Origin: Candidatus Latescibacterota bacterium | GTDB lineage: Bacteria; Latescibacterota; UBA2968; UBA8231 | Direction of reading: 5' to 3' | Assembly (NCBI GenBank): GCA_965243025.1 | Contig: CBDETY010000003.1 | Span: forward strand, 768,001-832,000 | DNA: 64,000 bases | Part shown: one piece after another, positions 60,301 to 64,000 of the stretch | Layout of the letters: each line of letters begins with the position of its first letter | Position numbering within the stretch: position 1 is the first letter of the stretch | Made by a program: the position numbers and the translations under genes | The notes under the pieces: generated by a model | What the model saw: the letters and a program-made list of their open reading frames with translations, nothing else | Database searches by the model: none | Told to the model about the DNA's origin: nothing

Positions 60301-63300
60301 GTTCATCAGCCTGCGCGCCCCCGCCAGCGCCGGCACCTACTACTACGGGGCCTGCGTCGAGAGTGTCAGCGGAGAAACCAATACCGGAAACAACTGCTCC
60401 GCTGCCGTGACCGTAACCGTTCCCGGAACCGTCACTCCGCCACCCCCCCAACCGGGAGTGGCGAAGCTGTACTGGTCGGACTGGGGCACGGACAAGATTC
60501 AGCGTGCAAACCTCGACGGCTCGAATGTCGAAGACCTGGTCACAAGCGCCGGACTGGACGGTCCGGACGGGCTGTCCCTGGATCTGGCCGGCGGCAAGAT
60601 CTACTGGGCGGATGCGGGGACGAACAAGATCCAGCGCGCCAACCTCGACGGCTCCGGGATCGAAGACCTGGTCACCGGCCTGGGGATTCCATACGGCCTG
60701 GCACTGGACGTGGCCGGCGGCAAGATGTACTGGACCAACCGGCAGACGAACAAGATCCAGCGGACAAACCTCGATGGCTCCGGGGTCGAGGACCTCGTCA
60801 CCAGCGGCTTGACTTTCCCCGGAGCCCTGGCTCTCGACGTAGCCGGCGGCAAGATGTACTGGACGAATCCCGGCGCGACGAAAATCCAGCGGGCAAACCT
60901 GAGCGGCTCACATGTCGAAGATCTCGTCACCAGCGGCTTGAGCAGTCCCACCGGGCTGGCCTTGGATGTAGCCGGCGGCAAGATGTACTGGACCGACCGG
61001 GGCACGGACAAAATCCAGCGGGCAAACCTGAACGGCTCCGGGGTCGAAGACCTCGTCACCAGCGGTCTGAACACTCCCAGTGGGCTTGCCCTGGACGTAG
61101 CCGGGGGCAAGATGTACTGGGCGGACACGGGTACGAACAAGGTACAGCGGGCCAATCTCAATGGCTCCGGGATCGAAGACCTTCTCACCAGCTCGGACGG
61201 ACTGGACGACCCATCCGGTATCGCCATCGGGGGAACCGGGCCCGGTGGTGGCGGCGGCACGTCCCCTGCCCCCGACCTCGTCGTCGATGCCCCCACGGTC
61301 AGCAACAGCAGCCCGACTGCAGGCGCTTCCTTCACCCTGAGGGCCACGGTTCGCAACCAGGGGACCGGGAGGTCAAGCTCGACCACCCTGCGCTACTACC
61401 GATCCACCGACGCGACGATCTCCACCAGCGACACCGAAGTCGGCACCGACCTGGTGAGCACCCTGTCCGCCTCTCGCACCAGTTCCGAGTCGATCTTCCT
61501 TTCCGCCCCATCGAACGCCGGAACCTACTACTACGGAGCCTGCGTCGAGAGCGTCAGCGATGAGAGCGATACCGGCAACAACTGCTCCTCGGCCGTTACC
61601 GTAAACGTGGGCGCGGCTCCCGCCCCCGACCTGATTGTCGAGGCCCCAACGGTCAGCAACAGCAGCCCGACCGCCGGAGCCTCCTTCACCCTGAGGGCCA
61701 CGGTACGCAACCAGGGAACCGGGAGGTCAAGCTCGACCACCCTGCGCTACTACCGATCCACCGACGCGACGATCTCCACCAGCGACACCGAAGTCGGCAC
61801 CGACGCGGTGACCACCCTGTCCGCATCCCGCACCAGTGCGGAGTCGATCAGCCTCCGCGCACCCTCGAGCGCGGGGACCTACTACTTCGGAGCCTGCGTC
61901 GAGAGCGTCAGCGACGAAACCGATACCGGAAACAACTGCTCCTCAGCGGTGACCGTAACCGTGGGCGCCGCCCCTGCCCCGGATCTCGTCGTCGACTCGC
62001 CTTCGGTCAGCAACAGCAGCCCGACAACGGGGGCTTCCTTCAGGCTGAGCGCCACCATTCGAAACCAGGGAACGGGCCAGTCCGCTTCGACCACCGTGCG
62101 CTTCTACCGCTCGAGCGACGGGACGATCTCTGCCAGCGATTCAGAGGTGGGATCAGCCCACACAGTGGGCGGCTTGGCGGCCTCACGAACAAGTACCCAT
62201 TCAACCGACCTGACCGCCCCCTCGAGCGCCGGAACCTACTACTACGGCGCCTGTGTCGAGAGCGTCAACGGCGAATCCAATACCGGCAACAACTGCTCTT
62301 CAGCGGTGACCGTCACCGTTTCTGCGACCGTCACTCAGCCGGACCCCCAACCCGCCGGGATATCAAAGGTTTACTGGTCGGACTGGGGCACGGACAAGAT
62401 CCAGCGCGCCGACCTCGACGGCTCCAATGTCGAAGACCTGGTGACAACCGGACTTGATGGACCGGATGGGCTGGCCGTGGACGCTGCCGGCGGCAAGTTG
62501 TACTGGACCGACGCGGGCACCGCGAAGATTCAGCGGTCCGACCTCGACGGCTCCAACGTCGAAGATCTGGTGACCAGCGGTCTGGGCATCCCATACGGCC
62601 TGGCCCTGGATGTCTCCGGCGGAAAGATCTACTGGACCGACCGGCAGTCGTCCAAGATCCAGCGGGCGGATCTCGACGGCTCAAACGTCGAAGACCTCCT
62701 GACGCTGGCTGGATTGGCTTTTCCAGCAGAAATAGCCGTCGACCCGGCCGGCGGAAAGATCTACTGGACGAACCCGGGAGCGGACAAGGTTCAGCGGGCC
62801 GACCTCGACGGCTCCAATCTCGAAGACCTGGTAACCAGCGGCCTGAGCAGCCCCAACGGGGTGGCCCTGGACGTGGCCGGCGGGAAGATCTACTGGACCG
62901 ACCGGGGCACGGACAAGATCCAACGGGCCGACCTGAGCGGGTCCAATGTCCAGGACCTGGTAACCAGCGGCCTGAGCGGTCCCAACGGTCTGGATCTGGA
63001 CGCAGCTGGGGGCAAGATCTACTGGACCGACGCAGAGACGAACAAGCTTCAGCGGGCCAACCTCGACGGCTCCGGAGTCGAAGACCTTCTCACCAGCTCC
63101 GACGGACTGGTCGATCCATCCGGAATTGCCCTGGGAGTTGAGAGTTCCAGTAGCAGCAGTAACACCTATGGGGTGGGCGATGCGCTCCCCGGTGTCCCCA
63201 CGGGCTCCTTCTTTCCGGCGCGCCTTTCCGGTGGTGCAAGGCTTTCCAGCTCCGGGGGAACCACGACCATCACTTTCAACAATGGAGCCGAAATGGAACT

Positions 63301-63385
63301 GCAGGATGGGACCACTTATACCTGTATCGCTTCAGGGGGATGCAGAGTGGAGAACGGACGCGTCACCATGGGGGAATTCGAATAG
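57365..63385 (+). CDS. 2006-aa surface protein: FlgD-like module, dockerin-like pair, 8 CARDB-like repeats, two 6-bladed YWTD (LDL-receptor class B) propellers
   Basis: HNYPNPFNPST; GDVDNN/GDVNRDG; PDLVV...VRNQG...YYGACV...NNCS x8 (354-nt period); YW[STA][DN]...KIQRANLDGS x12. Confidence 0.92.
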   Translation: MKVAIGCLVWLLSSLQTEAEPFVEGRVRLASGDPAAGAQVLLFDLTDLRLAPAAATTDEAGYFALPFGGLRGRVPVRPERFELGHNYPNPFNPSTVIPYQLPAPTRVRLEIFNILGQRVTTLADGERPSGFHTARWNATDASGRAVAAGVYFYRLKGDGVHLTRRMVLIDGQAGIPSAGAGGPSTAAREEVETPPVAGLTVSGEGLVPYLDPAFRVEPGMAPVDIVVEALGGVRHGKAASSGILGDVDNNSRVDIFDALLVAVYSANPSLVMPNNGDITLGDVNRDGRTDLTDAYHIAAYTVDPSDPTLPPGIGEALTQGTGTASLSPLPSTVSFEDDGVWHRFTVRAGEPIVVVANPTGTTPRVEINATSGSNYCPAEAEDDRARQDGQEVYLAGCSSGTGTVELRRASDQTVLQTYTFTIREQGTGGGGGGTGPDLVVEAPTVSNGSPTAGASFTLRARVRNQGAARSSSTTLRYYRSTDATVSASDTEVGTDLVSSLSASRTSFESISLRAPSSAGTYYYGACVESVSGETNTGNNCSASVTVTVGAAPAPDLVVDAPTVSNSSPAGGGSFTLRTTVRNQGTGRSSSTTLRYYRSTDATVSTSDTEVGTDRVSSLSASRTSSEWISLRAPSSAGTYYYGACVESVTGETNTGNNCSASVTLTVGAAPAPDLVVEAPTVSNSSPAAGGSFTLRTTVRNQGTGRSSSTTLRYYRSTDATVSTSDTEVGTDRVSSLSASRTSSEFISLRAPSSAGTYYYGACVESVTGETNTGNNCSAAVTLTVGAAPAPDLVVDAPTVSNSSPAAGASFTLRTTVRNQGSGRSSSTTLRYYRSTDATVSTSDTEVGTDVVSSLSASRTSSEFISLRAPSSAGTYYYGACVESVTGETNTGNNCSAAVTVTVDAAPAPDLVVDTPTVSNSSPTGGASFTLRATVRNQGAARSGSTTLYYFRSTHARVSTGDTVGTDPVSSLSASRTSSEFISLRAPASAGTYYYGACVESVSGETNTGNNCSAAVTVTVPGTVTPPPPQPGVAKLYWSDWGTDKIQRANLDGSNVEDLVTSAGLDGPDGLSLDLAGGKIYWADAGTNKIQRANLDGSGIEDLVTGLGIPYGLALDVAGGKMYWTNRQTNKIQRTNLDGSGVEDLVTSGLTFPGALALDVAGGKMYWTNPGATKIQRANLSGSHVEDLVTSGLSSPTGLALDVAGGKMYWTDRGTDKIQRANLNGSGVEDLVTSGLNTPSGLALDVAGGKMYWADTGTNKVQRANLNGSGIEDLLTSSDGLDDPSGIAIGGTGPGGGGGTSPAPDLVVDAPTVSNSSPTAGASFTLRATVRNQGTGRSSSTTLRYYRSTDATISTSDTEVGTDLVSTLSASRTSSESIFLSAPSNAGTYYYGACVESVSDESDTGNNCSSAVTVNVGAAPAPDLIVEAPTVSNSSPTAGASFTLRATVRNQGTGRSSSTTLRYYRSTDATISTSDTEVGTDAVTTLSASRTSAESISLRAPSSAGTYYFGACVESVSDETDTGNNCSSAVTVTVGAAPAPDLVVDSPSVSNSSPTTGASFRLSATIRNQGTGQSASTTVRFYRSSDGTISASDSEVGSAHTVGGLAASRTSTHSTDLTAPSSAGTYYYGACVESVNGESNTGNNCSSAVTVTVSATVTQPDPQPAGISKVYWSDWGTDKIQRADLDGSNVEDLVTTGLDGPDGLAVDAAGGKLYWTDAGTAKIQRSDLDGSNVEDLVTSGLGIPYGLALDVSGGKIYWTDRQSSKIQRADLDGSNVEDLLTLAGLAFPAEIAVDPAGGKIYWTNPGADKVQRADLDGSNLEDLVTSGLSSPNGVALDVAGGKIYWTDRGTDKIQRADLSGSNVQDLVTSGLSGPNGLDLDAAGGKIYWTDAETNKLQRANLDGSGVEDLLTSSDGLVDPSGIALGVESSSSSSNTYGVGDALPGVPTGSFFPARLSGGARLSSSGGTTTITFNNGAEMELQDGTTYTCIASGGCRVENGRVTMGEFE

Positions 63386-63592
63386 GCATTCCTGACGGAT
63401 GAAAACGCCAGGCGTGAACGGGAAATACCTCGGGGGCGGTTGTTCCCTTCCCAAGCGGGGCAGGCCTCTACCGACTGGAGAGCGCCGAGGAAGTGCTGAC
63501 CCGGAAACTCACTTTTTTTCCGGTGAGCGACTGGTATGCCAGAATTCCACCAAGGGTTCCGGAACATGGACACGAAACACGGGCATTGCCCC

Positions 63593-64000
63593 ATGAAAAC
63601 TCCCCTTCTTCACTTCTCATTGGCGGTGCTCGGTTCTTTTGGCTCACCGCTGGCCTTTGCCCATCAGCCGTCTTCGTCATCGGATGCCACGAATTTCCAA
63701 CCCTTCGATTCCGAGCAGTGGGAGCGCGCACTCCGCCCTGCGGGCAAACAGCTCCAGGACCTGAACGTCGGCGAACCGCGCACCGTGCGACTCTTCTACT
63801 TCCTGCCCAACGACATGACGTACCGCGCGAAGGTGGTTGCGGCAATGAAAACCGGGATCGTCGAACTTCAGACCTTCTTTGCAGAGCAGATGGAAACGCA
63901 TGGGCACGGTCGAAAAACCTTCCAATTTGAAACCGATGACCAGGGGGACCCGGTCGTTCACCGGGTCGATGGAGACTACTCCGACAGCCATTACACCAGC
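63593..64000 (+). CDS. secreted protein, 3'-partial, possibly a zinc-metallopeptidase-like family N-terminus
   Basis: Not in the ORF track (no stop in window); MKTPLLHFSLAVLG...RTVRLFYFLPND...FFAEQMETHGHGRKTFQFETD. Confidence 0.7.
   Translation, partial: MKTPLLHFSLAVLGSFGSPLAFAHQPSSSSDATNFQPFDSEQWERALRPAGKQLQDLNVGEPRTVRLFYFLPNDMTYRAKVVAAMKTGIVELQTFFAEQMETHGHGRKTFQFETDDQGDPVVHRVDGDYSDSHYTS

Noticed and set aside
46783-63385. Diversity-generating retroelement or invertase shufflon behind the repeats
   Set aside because: No reverse transcriptase or recombinase; repeats are direct, and I saw no adenine-specific mismatch pattern.

Overview
High-GC bacterial window. The FlgD/T9SS-like NYPNPFNPST domains, WGRIK-type C-termini, LDL-receptor YWTD propellers and a collagen lipoprotein suggest a Latescibacterota/Poribacteria-like, possibly sponge-associated organism (inference only). 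1-41 kb is a mosaic of catabolic genes (Gfo/Idh/MocA, enolase superfamily, amidohydrolases, TIM-barrel isomerases, PhyH, S9 peptidase, beta-helix and beta-propeller glyco-enzymes). It also holds an AddAB-type helicase-nuclease pair, an orphan ADP-ribosyltransferase-fold-like gene, an XRE plus unknown-protein module and many gene remnants. 41-46 kb holds an all-in-one kinase/receiver/DNA-binding regulator, a P450 and a LuxR-type regulator. 46-64 kb is a surface-protein island and the best candidate for an undescribed system. There, a ~9.7 kb adhesin cassette is bracketed by direct repeats made of the luxR 3' end plus a palindromic operator/promoter. A second direct repeat of a stand-alone FlgD-module gene is nested inside it. 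An HTH-less WYL gene and a 2006-aa CARDB/YWTD protein follow. I saw no tRNA, rRNA, CRISPR array, transposase, integrase or reverse transcriptase. All calls are by-eye motif recognition; no searches were run.
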